Assembly: GCA_964270895.1 (NCBI GenBank) | Contig: OZ185437.1 | DNA length: 64,000 nt | Strand: one strand, 5' to 3' | DNA from: Podarcis filfolensis | Taxonomy: Eukaryota | Part shown: positions 1 to 12,400 of the stretch, in pieces | How positions within the stretch are numbered: position 1 is the stretch's first letter | How the letters are laid out: each line of letters opens with the position of its first letter | The notes under the pieces: generated by a model | The model's input: only the letters and a program-made list of their open reading frames with translations | Told to the model about the DNA's origin: nothing | Databases searched by the model: none | Translations under genes and position numbers: made by a program

Positions 1-272
1 TCTGATGTTGAGCCTAGCACCAACCTCAAGGAAGAATTACTTTCTACTACTGAGATTTAGAACTTCTGTAACCATTCTGTTAAAACTATAGGAGTGTTAC
101 TTGCACAAAACCTGACTGCCTATCCGAACTAACAATAATCACCCAAACTATCACTACTTTTGAACATGTAGGTTATCAGTAACTAGTACTGAATCAGAGT
201 GGAGATCACCTACAAAACATCATATCTAGAAGTTAACAGTCACTGACAGATTAGGCACCAAGTGATACATGC

Positions 273-419
273 CTTGAGTAACTGAAACCTTTGCTTCACA
301 TCTTCTATATCACATGTATCCACTTTGAGATTATTCATTATTCCACTCTTCTCCTCAATCCAACCTGTAAACTCCTGAAGCTTGACTAGATGTTTCTGAT
401 GAAGCACTGAAAGTTTAGC
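273..419 (-). CDS. DST: DST b-region exon ([26 protein letters not shown]...RFQLLK), probable GC donor
   Basis: ttccag|GCT...AAG|gcatgt; 147 nt; spectrin-repeat W motif. Confidence 0.85.
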
Positions 420-3400
420 CTGGAAAAGAAGTTCAAATAAGATATTTATCCGACAACAGACCTAAACCAAACTAAAATGAAAACCAAACCAAAAGATTTC
501 AGTTAGCTGACAGTGAAACAAAGCTACTGACATAATTGGAAAAATAAGGATACTTTTTCCACGATACATGTGGCATATTTTAGATCTACAAGAACACTTT
601 GCTGACGATATCATTTGCATACGCAACGTCTATTTAATTCTGACACTTCAACAATGGGCAAAAGGGTTTATATCACTTATCTAATAAAAATTCTTTAGGA
701 GAGAGCACATTCTTTCCAATCCCAAAACAAAAAAAATTTTTTCCTTCCAGTAGCACCTTAAAGACCAACTAAGTTAGTTCTTGGTATGAGCTTTCGTGTG
801 CATGCACACTTCTTCAATCCCAGTTACCATTTCACAATAATGGAACTCCTTTTCTTTCAAAACTCACTAAATAATGAGACTAAGAAGAAGTTCATGTACA
901 CTTGCTTATCAATTTAAGTTGGTATTTTTGTAACATGCTCTGAGACCATTTAGTGCAGGGTGGGTTATAAGTCTACTACTACCACCACCACCACAATCAA
1001 TGGATGTTACACAACTGAACATGAAAACATTAAAATGAATTGTTTGAGAAAGCTCTTGTATGCGGTGCTGATCTATGATCACTGAATCACACATGCACAT
1101 CATCATTTGATGTTCAAGTAATCAAAGGATACACAAGTTTTTGTATTCACTGTGATTCAGAAGGTATCTGCAATCCTACACACACTTTCCTACAAATAAG
1201 CCCCAATGAACACAGAGGCACGCACAGGATTGTGCTGCAAGTGATCATTCATTGTGAACAAACTTTTAGAGCATGGGTTCCAGCTAGCTAGTATCAGGCA
1301 ATAAATTTGTCACCACGTATGCAAAACCATTTTACAATACTTATTTGCATTTTACACTTGGTTTTGTTTAAAATGGTTGAACTAAATCTAAGTTTGGAGT
1401 TGGATAGGTTAAAAATCTATAGAAGTAAAATAGATGTGGGCTATGAACCTACCATTTCAGAGTCTACTGCCAAGACTATTTGCTTTGCTCGATTTGAAGA
1501 CATTTCACAGACCCCAAAGAAATCCTTCTCCAAACATTCATAGCTTTCTTTTAGATCCACAAGCTGTGCTCTGGGAACATCCTTATGCTGAAATTTTAGA
1601 AACTCTTCTGCTAACTTCATATCTTTTCGCAGAGTAACAGCAAAGCCAGCAAGCCCTGATTCAAATGACTACAAAAAAATAAATAAATACAGATGAGGTG
1701 CATTAAGGTCTTGCCTAAAATTAGTAGCACTGCGTGCAAGACAGAAAAAAAACCCGTTGCATTTTAGGGAGAAGTACCATTAGTCCTAGAGATGGCTGGG
1801 AGACCTGAAATCCCCACCCAGTTATGATGTCCATGGGCACTCAACAAGTCACTAGCCACCTCACAGGGCTGATGCAAGAATAAAATGGGGTCACCCCACC
1901 TAAAATTGCCCTGGGAAGCTTGGGAAATGGCCACACAAATGAGATAAATTAACCCTAGACTCCAAGATACACATCTCTTTATTTTGCTATCTCTCATTCC
2001 CCACTCACCTGCCACACTGCTCATATCATTTTCTATACTATGGCAATAGCTCTTCCTCCAACCACTGCTGCACCACCCCTTTCCTTCATCTCAGCATCCA
2101 TCTATCCAGGGATACCTTAACTTTAGACATTGTGGCCAGGCTCATCATGCTCTCTTCTCTCTTCCTCCTCCGAATTAGCAGGAATGGACTACAAAATGCA
2201 TGCACTATAGAGAGGGAATCACCCATGGAGAGTGTGTAATGTGTAGCCCGGGCCTGTAAATGGGATCTGTGGGGAAAGGACTCAAGAGTGTGCTGTTCCA
2301 TTGATTTGTATTAGATGACAAATGGGTGCACATTTCTGTGCCTTTGGGTGAGAGAAATGTGGGGTGATGATCACTGGCTAATGTTAAGTATATTTTTTAT
2401 GATTTGTCAAGTAGATTTAGCATATTTATGAAAGATAATACATATTTAATTATACTCTTATTCTGATGACTTGTGTTTTAAGGGTCTTATGAGCTACTTT
2501 GAATATATTATTTTGCATGGAAGATCAGCATATAAAGAGACTTAGTAATAATGACATCTGACCTCACTATTTAACCTCGCTTTCTATGTACAGATAAGAA
2601 GCTTACCTCTAACTGCTCAAGTTGTATTTTTAGGTCTTCCAGGTCATTACTGATGGGCTGCAGGTCATCGAAGAGAAATTTCATATCTTGAACCACTGTC
2701 AAATGTCTCCTCATATTCTCCAAGTACCAAGAGCATTGCTTCTGAAAATATTATTGTCATTTTAGTGTAACTAGAACTTATCAACACAGTAGCAGAAAAT
2801 CACTTTTAAAAACAAAAAGGATGGTGTGTGTTGTTGTTTTTAAAAATGCCTGGAGATTAAATTTAAATGTTCATCTGTGATTCTACTACGATGTTAACCA
2901 GGGGACATTCAATTCCTTGCGATAGGCGATTCAATGCATACTGGTAATATAGGTGCCAAGTTTTGATTATGCTAACAAGCACAAGCACCAAAATGAACCA
3001 AAGACGTTTTTCATTTGTTTTATGTGTCTTTGCTTAAGACAAAAATTGTAAGTTGCTACTCACCATGCTCTTTGAATCAGGTCTTGGTCCAGATTCCTCT
3101 GTTTCCAAGGTTTCAGAGAAGCTTTTTGGTTGCTGGTATGGCTTCTCAGGCTGAGGGTATCCTTTCAAACCAAGAGCCTTACTGCATGTTTCAGTACTCT
3201 CTCCAGCAGTTTCTGCTTTTAATTCTGATGAACTTGTAGTTTCTCTTGAGATGGGAAAGGCATGGCCATGCTGAGAAGCGTTTTTCTCCTGCTCTCTTTC
3301 TGTCTGGGCCTTCATGTCCATTGTCTCACGGGTGCTCTCATTTCTTTGACTGCAATGGTCTTGTTTCAGTATATCAAGGAGGAGATCAGGACTTCTATTA

Positions 3401-6400
3401 TCAAGCCAAATAGGTGGGGTAGAAGTAGGTTCGTTTGCATGTATGCACAACGAAGCAGCCATTGAGGCACTTCTAGTATCCTCACTTGTATGTTGGACAG
3501 CAGATTTGGTAGAGTCCTCGTTTTCCCAGTGTGTGCTATCAACCATTTTAAGTAAATTTTGCATTAACGCTTTTGTGCCAATATAACTTAAAGGTTCCTC
3601 TTCCTGCTTGCAGTAAACATCTTTTATTTTTCCTTTAAGTATTTTTGTTAAGCTTTCAGGTAATGTAGGAGGCACTTCAGAAAAAACAACCTCCTGATCA
3701 TTGACTGGGGCAGAATTAGAAAGCATCACATCTTTTAGTGATTGTTGCATTTTTATCTGGATGCCATTTTGAGAGAAAGTAGGCTCATGGTCTAGAATGT
3801 CATCTTCCGCAGGCTTCCCCACACTACTGTTTTGAGTGACCACTGCTTCATGTGCTTTCTGCTCAGAGCTGTTCTGGCTATCATCTCTGGTGTCTAAAGT
3901 ACTAGAAGAAGATCCAATTACACATGTATCTTCTCCAGAAGCTGTTTCACCAGCCTTGCTCCCTACTTTTCCGATAGCTTCAACACGCTCCATATTGTTG
4001 AAGTCACATTTGTAACTTTCATCATGATACACCTTGGAATGAGCACTAGCCTCTTTACTAACTTTATCTCTTGTAGGTTCTGATACAACTGATGCAGGAA
4101 ACAGCTGTTGTTTGGGGTACAATTCTTTTAGGTGCTGTTTTCCCTCGCAGTTTCCACTTCCTGATACCACAAGCTCCTCTCTATTCTCTTCACTGTCTCT
4201 TTCACCTTCCTTTAGGCAAGATGAACCATTCTCTCTCATTGCTAAGATATCCTTGGCCATTATATCTTTCGCACTTTGCTTTAAATAAGTAGAGAGGTCA
4301 AACCCCTCTACATAGATCACTGATTCATCTTTAGCAATGTCATTGGAGTCTGTAACCAATGTGGGTTTATTTGAAGTGTGATCAATACTTATTTTTTCAT
4401 CATATGAGGCAGTAATTTCATAACCATTTTTAATAACTGATGAATAAGGCTCCTTAAGGCTTCCACTTGATTCCTGGATATGATCTTCCTTCAGAATGCA
4501 CACTCCATTTTTATTTTGTTTCAGAGCACCAATTTCTACTTGACTATGTGGCATACTGGTAGATGCTTGTTTTCCATTATCTACTTCTTGTCTTTTCTCA
4601 CAATTCAAACATGGCATTGATATATCATCAAGAATTTTAGCTTCCCTGTGTTCAGCATGTAAGTTTCTTTGAGAAGGTATATCAGACTTGGCACTAATAT
4701 TTTCTGTTCCAATTGCGTCTTCTGATGTTGCACCATTGCTTATGCTTAATTGGGAGGTTTGACAGTTCTGTAATGCAAGGTTGTCTTGCATGAAAGGGTC
4801 AGAAGCCTGTTCTGTTTCTTGCTGGCTTCCCTCTTTACTTTTACATGGTAGGTCCTGAATGTTTTCTTTAACAATATCAGCTAAATTTTGATATTTATCA
4901 GCACTGTAGCTTTCAGGGCACTGTAAACCATTGTTTCCTGTTGCCTCTGAAAGTGCAGACACCTGGACCCCAATGTTTTTATCATGGCACTGAGAGTAAT
5001 GCATTTCCAATACCTCTTCATCTTCATAATCTGTCTCCTCATAAGTATCATAATCAAAATCCACATAATCATAACCTTCAAAATCATCCCCACTGTCACT
5101 GTCACCATTATCGCTACTGCCATTATCATCACTATTGCCACTGCCATCATCATCACTGTCATTATCCATACATATGCTTTCATGTTCACTCTCAGAGTCA
5201 TCTTCTTTCGTTTTAATGCCCTTGTGCTCACCTCTTTGCATTTTAGCTTCATCCAACTTTTCCAGGGAGCTGTCAATCTCTTTACTTTCTTCCCTTTCTT
5301 TTTTCTGACCATTATTTTCTGTATCTCTACTGCTTTCTGCCTTGTCTTCTATAATTGTGCCTAATAGCCTTGCATTGAAGGCTGCCATATTTATAATTTC
5401 AAGTGTATCAGAGTCACTTGTTTCACTAAAGCACAGAATGCATTCTTCTTCCTTACTTAGGTTGCCCGTGGAAGATTTTGCTTTTTCTTGCAGCTTATCT
5501 GCTACTCCATTGATGGCTACTGCACTGTGGACGAGCTCTGGAGTAGCATCTTCTTTAACAACAGAGGAGTCACCTTTGTTTATTCTGTCTGAGCTACAAA
5601 CTGTACCATTGTTATGATCAATTTGCGGAGCATCATAGGCTTCACTGCGATCTTTATGTTGAGTTGGATCACAAGGATCTTCTGACTGAGTACTATGTTC
5701 TCTTTTAGGCAACAGCTCAGATTGCTTGCTGCTATTGCCTTCCAGAACTAGCGAGCCACATTCAAATGTTGACTTGCTGTCATTCGCAGGTGGCTCATCA
5801 TGCTTCATACTAGCACTGACTTCCAGAGGTGATGTGGACTCACTATCAGTATTGATTTTAATGGATGATCCATCAAGAGCGTCAGTAGTGATTTCTACGG
5901 GGAGCCCAGCATTTGTATCAATGGAATCCTTGAGTGGACATCCAGCATGAGTAATAGCACCGTTTCTCTGAATTGGTCCAATATATTTATCTTCAGCATG
6001 ATATTCCAACAGTGCAATGCCATCAGAATTGGAATGGTCATCAAGCAAAGAAACACTACGTATAGTAGCCTTATCTATGGGTTGTTCTCCATCACTGATA
6101 GTCATCTGATTTTCTACAGGTTGCCCACTTTCAGTCTGTTCTTCCTGTAATAATCCATGGATCAAATTTACGCTGTCTTCCAGGAGTGAATCACCATTAG
6201 AAGTATTTTCTAGGACTGACATGCTATAGTTATTGGTGCAATCTTCCAGTAACTGACTGTCATGTGTATGCACTCTAGTTTCCAATGGTAATGCATCTTG
6301 CATGCTGGTGTAGTTTTCCAATAGACAGCCAGCAAATTTATTAGCATGGTCTTCCAATTGTGAATTGCCACAGCTATTTGTAACGTCTTCTCGTGGTGGC

Positions 6401-9400
6401 CTATCATTCATATGAAGACATGCACCATGCATTATGAAGTGGTCTTCTAATGGCAACTTGCCATTCCTATCATCATTGTTATGCAATACTGGGGTGACAT
6501 TCGTTTCCGCTTGCAATACTCCACTCTCATTACAAGTCTCTAATTCTTTCTTAGTGCGTTCATTTAAACATTTTTGGTCAGGTTCTATACCAGTGTATAA
6601 ACTATCCTGAAAGTCATCTTTTACCTCATCTTTCACCTCAGTGTTCTTCATTAGCATAATGCCTTCTTCAATCTGCAAAACCTGAGGCATGCATTTTTGC
6701 AGGCTGTTGTCCATGAGATGTGAAACGTTAGTGCTTGCTTGAGCTTTCTCATCTTTCTTAATAGCTGAAGAATAATTTGCATCCAAAACACTATTGAAGA
6801 TGCCTGGGGAGTCATTTTCACTCCCCTTAATGTTCTCCCCCTCTACTATGCAAATATTATCTTCATTTACTATTGGAGGAAGGTGTCCTTGTGAACAGTT
6901 TGAAAGAGATGTTTTCATTTCACCATTTTCAGCATTTGCTTGGTCAGTTAAATTTTCATACACTTCCACTGGCATTTGTTCTGGAAGATTCAGTAAACTT
7001 CCAAGTGCATTTTCTTTTTCAAGATTTTGACCTTGATTGATTTCCTTTCCAGATGTATTCGTGACACATTCTGACTGCTCTGAAGCACGAGCCACAATAT
7101 GAAAAGCATTTCTCCCTGAGACTATGTCATTCTGGTGATCTTTACAAAATGCCTCCCTCTTATTGCTGCTGGACATATTTTGAATACTTGTATCATGTTC
7201 TGAAACATTGCTAGTGATATCACTAAACATTGCCCCTTTAGGCTGTTGCTCAGTATGTTGTGCTTTTGTGTTTAAACACAATTGCCCCTCAGTCTCATTT
7301 GTATTATTTTCAGAATGACTGCTACCCATTAACAGGCTGACTGTTTCATTTAAGTCACCACAATGCAACAAAAGCCTCTGACCGGTGTTTCCATCCATAC
7401 AACTATTTGTCATTAGGTAAGACATGAATAGCTTTTGAGTTTGTTCCGAGTGGCAAGGTATGGGCTCACTGGTGTCAGAAGTGTTTACATCCTTTCCATC
7501 AGCATGTTGGTTGGATGCCTGGAGTTCACAAGACGAGAGCCATCTTGCTGCTTTTTTCAAAGGCAATGGTATATCTTCCACATTAGGCATTTCATCAGGT
7601 AGGGTAACACTATTCAAAATTGATGAAGTGTTGCTTTCTATGACTCCCTGCTGGGCTGCATCATCTAGGCTGATCACTTCACAAGTTTCTGGAATATAGA
7701 GTGCTGCTATTTTTTGCCGCCCCTTTAGAATTTTGCAGGCCTGCTCATTAGTGATCATGCCTTGATGCAAAGATGTAGATACAGGAAATATTTCCCCGCT
7801 ATGTGGCCAGATGAGTCCAATGAAGCCTCGTTGTGCCTGTAGTACCAGCAAGGCACTACTAGAAGAGATCAGGTTGCACTGCACTGCTTCATCTACAGAC
7901 AAACGTTTTGATGAATTTGGACACAAGATCCCACCTGTCTGAAGCTGATGAGTCAAAATAGCACAAGCAGCATCCTGGTCAATAACCCCTTCTCTCATTG
8001 CTTCTTCAACAGTCATTCTGTGTCCTGTATCAGGATGAATTATGCCGCCAGAAAGCAGCTGGGCACCTAAGAGCCTGAACATGGTCTCCCTCTCTATGAG
8101 TCCTTCATGAGCTGCTCTCAGAATAGTTATCTTCCTTCCACATTTTAGTGTTATTTTGCCTCTTTCTTGAGGGGTCACAGGCAAGAGCCTCAAGCCTGTT
8201 TCTCTATGTACTACAGTTCTTTCAAGCAATTCCTCAAGGGTTATCTTCTCTGCAGTGTTGGGGTCAATAAGGTCTTTGCTCATGTCACGTCTTTCCAGGA
8301 GTTTAGTGTATAATGCTGCAGAGATCAGATTCTTCTGAAAAGCTCTGTGCAAAGTCAGCTGTTCTCCCGTGGCTGGTATCATTAGGTGTCCTCTGGAAAG
8401 CTGAATCTCAAGAATTTTAATAGCAAGAGGTTCTGAAATTAAACCCTGTTCCAAAGCAGCTACAACTGGGAGTGCTGCTGATTGCAGTTCTGAAATGACC
8501 ATTTTAGCATTCTGTAAACCTTGTAGTTGCAATACAGCTTGGTCATCGACAAGTTCATGGGCTTTGGCTTCTTCAAGGTCAAAACTTCTTCCCAGGGCTG
8601 GTGAAATTATATCTGATAAAATGAGCTGGCTCTGAAGCAACTGAATTCCAGTGTCATAGTCAATGAGGCCTTTATAAATTGACTGCAAGACTGAAAACAT
8701 CTCTCCAGTTGTTTGATCAATAATGCCAGCTATGACTTTATCCTCCTAAAAGTGAGTATAAAAATATGAATTGTCAGCATTTTATGAATGGTAAATGATT
8801 AATACTTTGAATTTTAATATGATATATGTACAATATAAAGTCACTTACTTACCAGAGTTCCACCCAAACTGTGAATGTTAGCAGTTCAATGCAGAAGTGA
8901 TGTCAGTGATTCAACAGCACACGGTGTGATAAAAGATTGAAACACAACATGCATCGGTAAACCAAAAGCCTATGCTCTGCATACATCAAGAGGGTTAGTG
9001 GAAGATAAAATAGTAGATGATCGCATAGTGAGCAAAAAAGACGCGTACCTGAAAGGCAAACTGTCATGCTATCTATGTGCTTTGTGAGAAGTTAGCATAT
9101 ATTGAGAAAACAGTATGTGGTACAAAAACACACGTGCTATTCATGTTTACAGCATACAGCACTTTTACATAGACACCCAAACACATAAGGATCCAGTATT
9201 GTAGCTACTTAAATGCACTGCAACTGTGTTGTATTACAAGTCATCCATTACGAACAACATTTAAGAAGTATGTGCAGAATAGTCTTCCTTTGCATATACT
9301 CTCGGGCATTTTGTAATGCCTTCCAAAGGCAGTGTCAAATGTAATAGATCTTAAAGTATTATCTCACAGTTAATGTGACTATAAACTCCAAACAATGTAC

Positions 9401-12400
9401 CCAGTTGAAATTTAATGAACTTCGGAAATATGGCATACTTCCTGAAATACTTATCGGAGAGCATATAGAAGAGTAGAGAGGCTATGGAACTTCCACGTGG
9501 TGTCATGTTTCTGAAGTACAGACGTTTGACAGAATTCAAAGTATGGCTTTTAAAAAGAAGGGTTAAGTGATGTATGATTCTATGCTCTTAGTTCATGCAA
9601 GACACAAGGTATAAAAGCCTGTTCCTATACAATTTTCCACTTGTCCATTTATAGACATTCAGCTATAATTCTAATTCCACAAACCGATCGAAAGCTGTAA
9701 TTGATTTAGTTCTGATTTTGTTTGTGTGACACACACAATTCGGTGCAGATTTTTGTTTTCGTTTTTAGTATTCATACAGAATTCCAAAACCATGCAATGG
9801 ATCAGATTCAGAAAAGCATATATGCTATAGCCAGCAACATAACTCAAACTCTTGACTACCTTTTCATCCACGTTTTCATTATCTGCATCTTGTTCCTGCT
9901 GCAACTGCTTCAAATCTTCATTGGACAACAGTTTATAACCTTCTTGCAGGGACCTCACATGGTTTTCCATTTCACTTTTCTCTTCATCTGTCATTCTTTT
10001 GGGAGGGGGAATAGAAGATGTGGATGGAAGTGTTAGCAATTTCTAAACATTAGTTGTTCTCTCAAGTAATAAACATATAGGGTGGAATTCAACGTCATGC
10101 TATGAAGACATGTTCCAGCAGACCTGGAGACAAGGTTTGCTTTGTAAGATGATAACTTGGCAGTGGTGGCGGGTCATATGGGCAGTTATTCCCAGGGATA
10201 CACTGGTAACAAGCTGTGCAGTTATTAGTACCATCATTAATTAATGCAAACTGCTTTAGTTGAATTAAGTAAGGTGCCATTTATAAGGTAGAAGGGGCAG
10301 TACCCACCCATACCCCACTGTTTCAGATTTCATATAAGAACTCCTGAAGCTAGAGGATATCTGCTGCCTGCACACTGATTTTATATATGGAATGGCTGAA
10401 ACTCGTCCTCAACACAAATTCTGAAAGGGCACGACTAATTTTAAAATGCAATAATCCCAATGAACCTACTTATCACCATGTTTCGCTAAAAACGTCTGTG
10501 TTGTTTGCAAAGCTTCTGATATCTGTTCTTTCTTGGTTAACAGTTCGTCAGAAGATATCTGAAAAAAGGAGCAAAATATGTTCACAACTCCATTCTAGAA
10601 ATAAAATTAAAAAGGGGTGGGGGTAAGAAATGTACATAAAAGATTAAGCAAAAAGATGAGAAAGGAGTGAGCATTTCAGGAACATTATCAAGGGCATAAT
10701 GGGTGGTATCCAGCGATGTATGAACAGTGTTCTGCTTGTGCAAGGAGACTTCCCTTTCCTCACCTTGCATGGTCCCCCAACCCTCTGAAACAGATTTTGA
10801 GGGTGCACAGGGAGTTGCAGGAGAGAGGGGGTGGCAAGACTATTCTTTTGTATACCACCCTTCATCCACAGATCTCAGGGCAGTTTACAGTATGAAAATA
10901 CAAGATAAAAACACAAAATAGCTTATTGTACGAAGGGAAGTCCTTTGAGCATGTGCGACAGCAGCATCAGGTACAACCCAATGTAACAGCAATAGCCTAT
11001 ATTGCAAATCCATTTTTAGCCAACTTGTCCCTTATTAATGAGCCATAAATACATGCTTGGTTATGAAACACTAAGGTTGTGTTTATAGATTACTAGGAAC
11101 ACGAGAACCCTAATTAATTTTAGGTATAAATACGGACACCCACTACTAAAAACATTTGTTAGGTGACCTTTTTCAAAACTTTTGTCTAAACTGTTCTGGT
11201 CTTTGTTTCCGACCAGATGTTGCTGAACTACAACTCCCATCAGCTCCAGTAGGAATGGTTAATGGCCAGGGATAGTGGAGGTTGTAGTTCAGGAACATAT
11301 GGGAGGACCAAATGCTCCCCAAGTTGTTTTAGACAGTTTGTAAATAATCAACTACCAGATTAAGAACAGCCTTGATGCGTGAAGTCAAATGCTCTGATAT
11401 TACTCCCTCACAGGATGTCTTGCAACCAAAGATGTCTATGCAATTTCAAAGCTATCGTTTTCAGTATTTTAATAAGTTAAATCAGCTACCTCACTTAACT
11501 TCCTTTGTGGATTTTGTGTGAATGGTATAGTTACCCAGGATACTGATCTTTTATTCTCAAGTATTTCCAAACCAGGAGTTCTCAAACAATATTAAATGCA
11601 ACTCTCCATAAATCAAGGATAAAAGTTATAGCTTGCCAACTCTAACCAGAGCTGAAAATGTGGATGAGCCTTATACACACACACACCCCACTTTTCAACC
11701 ATGAGGGTTCCCAACTCTTAAGTATATCCCTGCTTTCTCTTATTCCATAGAACTGACAGAAGTGAAACTAATCAGATCAATTCTGGTCTAGTCTATTTCA
11801 GATTTCTTTTTTGAAAGCGCTACATGGGGTACATAGTATATGGATACATGGGCATGGAACCATGCTTTCATATACTAAATTAAAATGCAACAGCCACCTT
11901 GTTGTAATAGTTCCAAAATTGTTCTGAGTATCAGAAGAAGGAAGTCTCACTCATTGTGAGCACCACCCAATAATTGCTCACAGAAGTTACGTGAAAATGT
12001 TCTGCTGGTGCACACAATCTCTGCACCTTGGAGCTACTCTATACTACGATGGATACAGATAATCAAGGTACCCCCCTTACAAATGCTATTTAGCATACTG
12101 GGTAAGCCACAATTTACAGGAACTAGAGAGAAAGAAAAAGATTGCCGTGTGATACAGGTGGCCCATTTTAACCTAATGGTTAAGAGGGAATGCAAACCCA
12201 GGGGTTTAAAAAACTGCTTCTTGGTCACTGTACGTTATGACGATGAGGTGGATTTCAGTAAGTGGCTTTTTTGTATCTATAAAAAGCTGCAAGCAAGGGC
12301 TTTTCTAATGAAAATATAAAAGTGTTTTGTTGTTTGGTGCTAATTTTCTCTGGAAATCATACAATTAAATGCACCAAAAGATACGTGTCAATTTTCCAGG

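Noticed and set aside
3034-3063. Read-through stop after the giant exon (VSSNLQFLS*) as a truncated isoform
   Set aside because: A strong ATG|gtgagt donor is present and I found no AATAAA before the next exon.
4881-5617. Overlapping His/Ile/Met-rich ORFs in alternative frames and on the antisense strand
   Set aside because: Shadows of the acidic triplet repeat in the giant exon.
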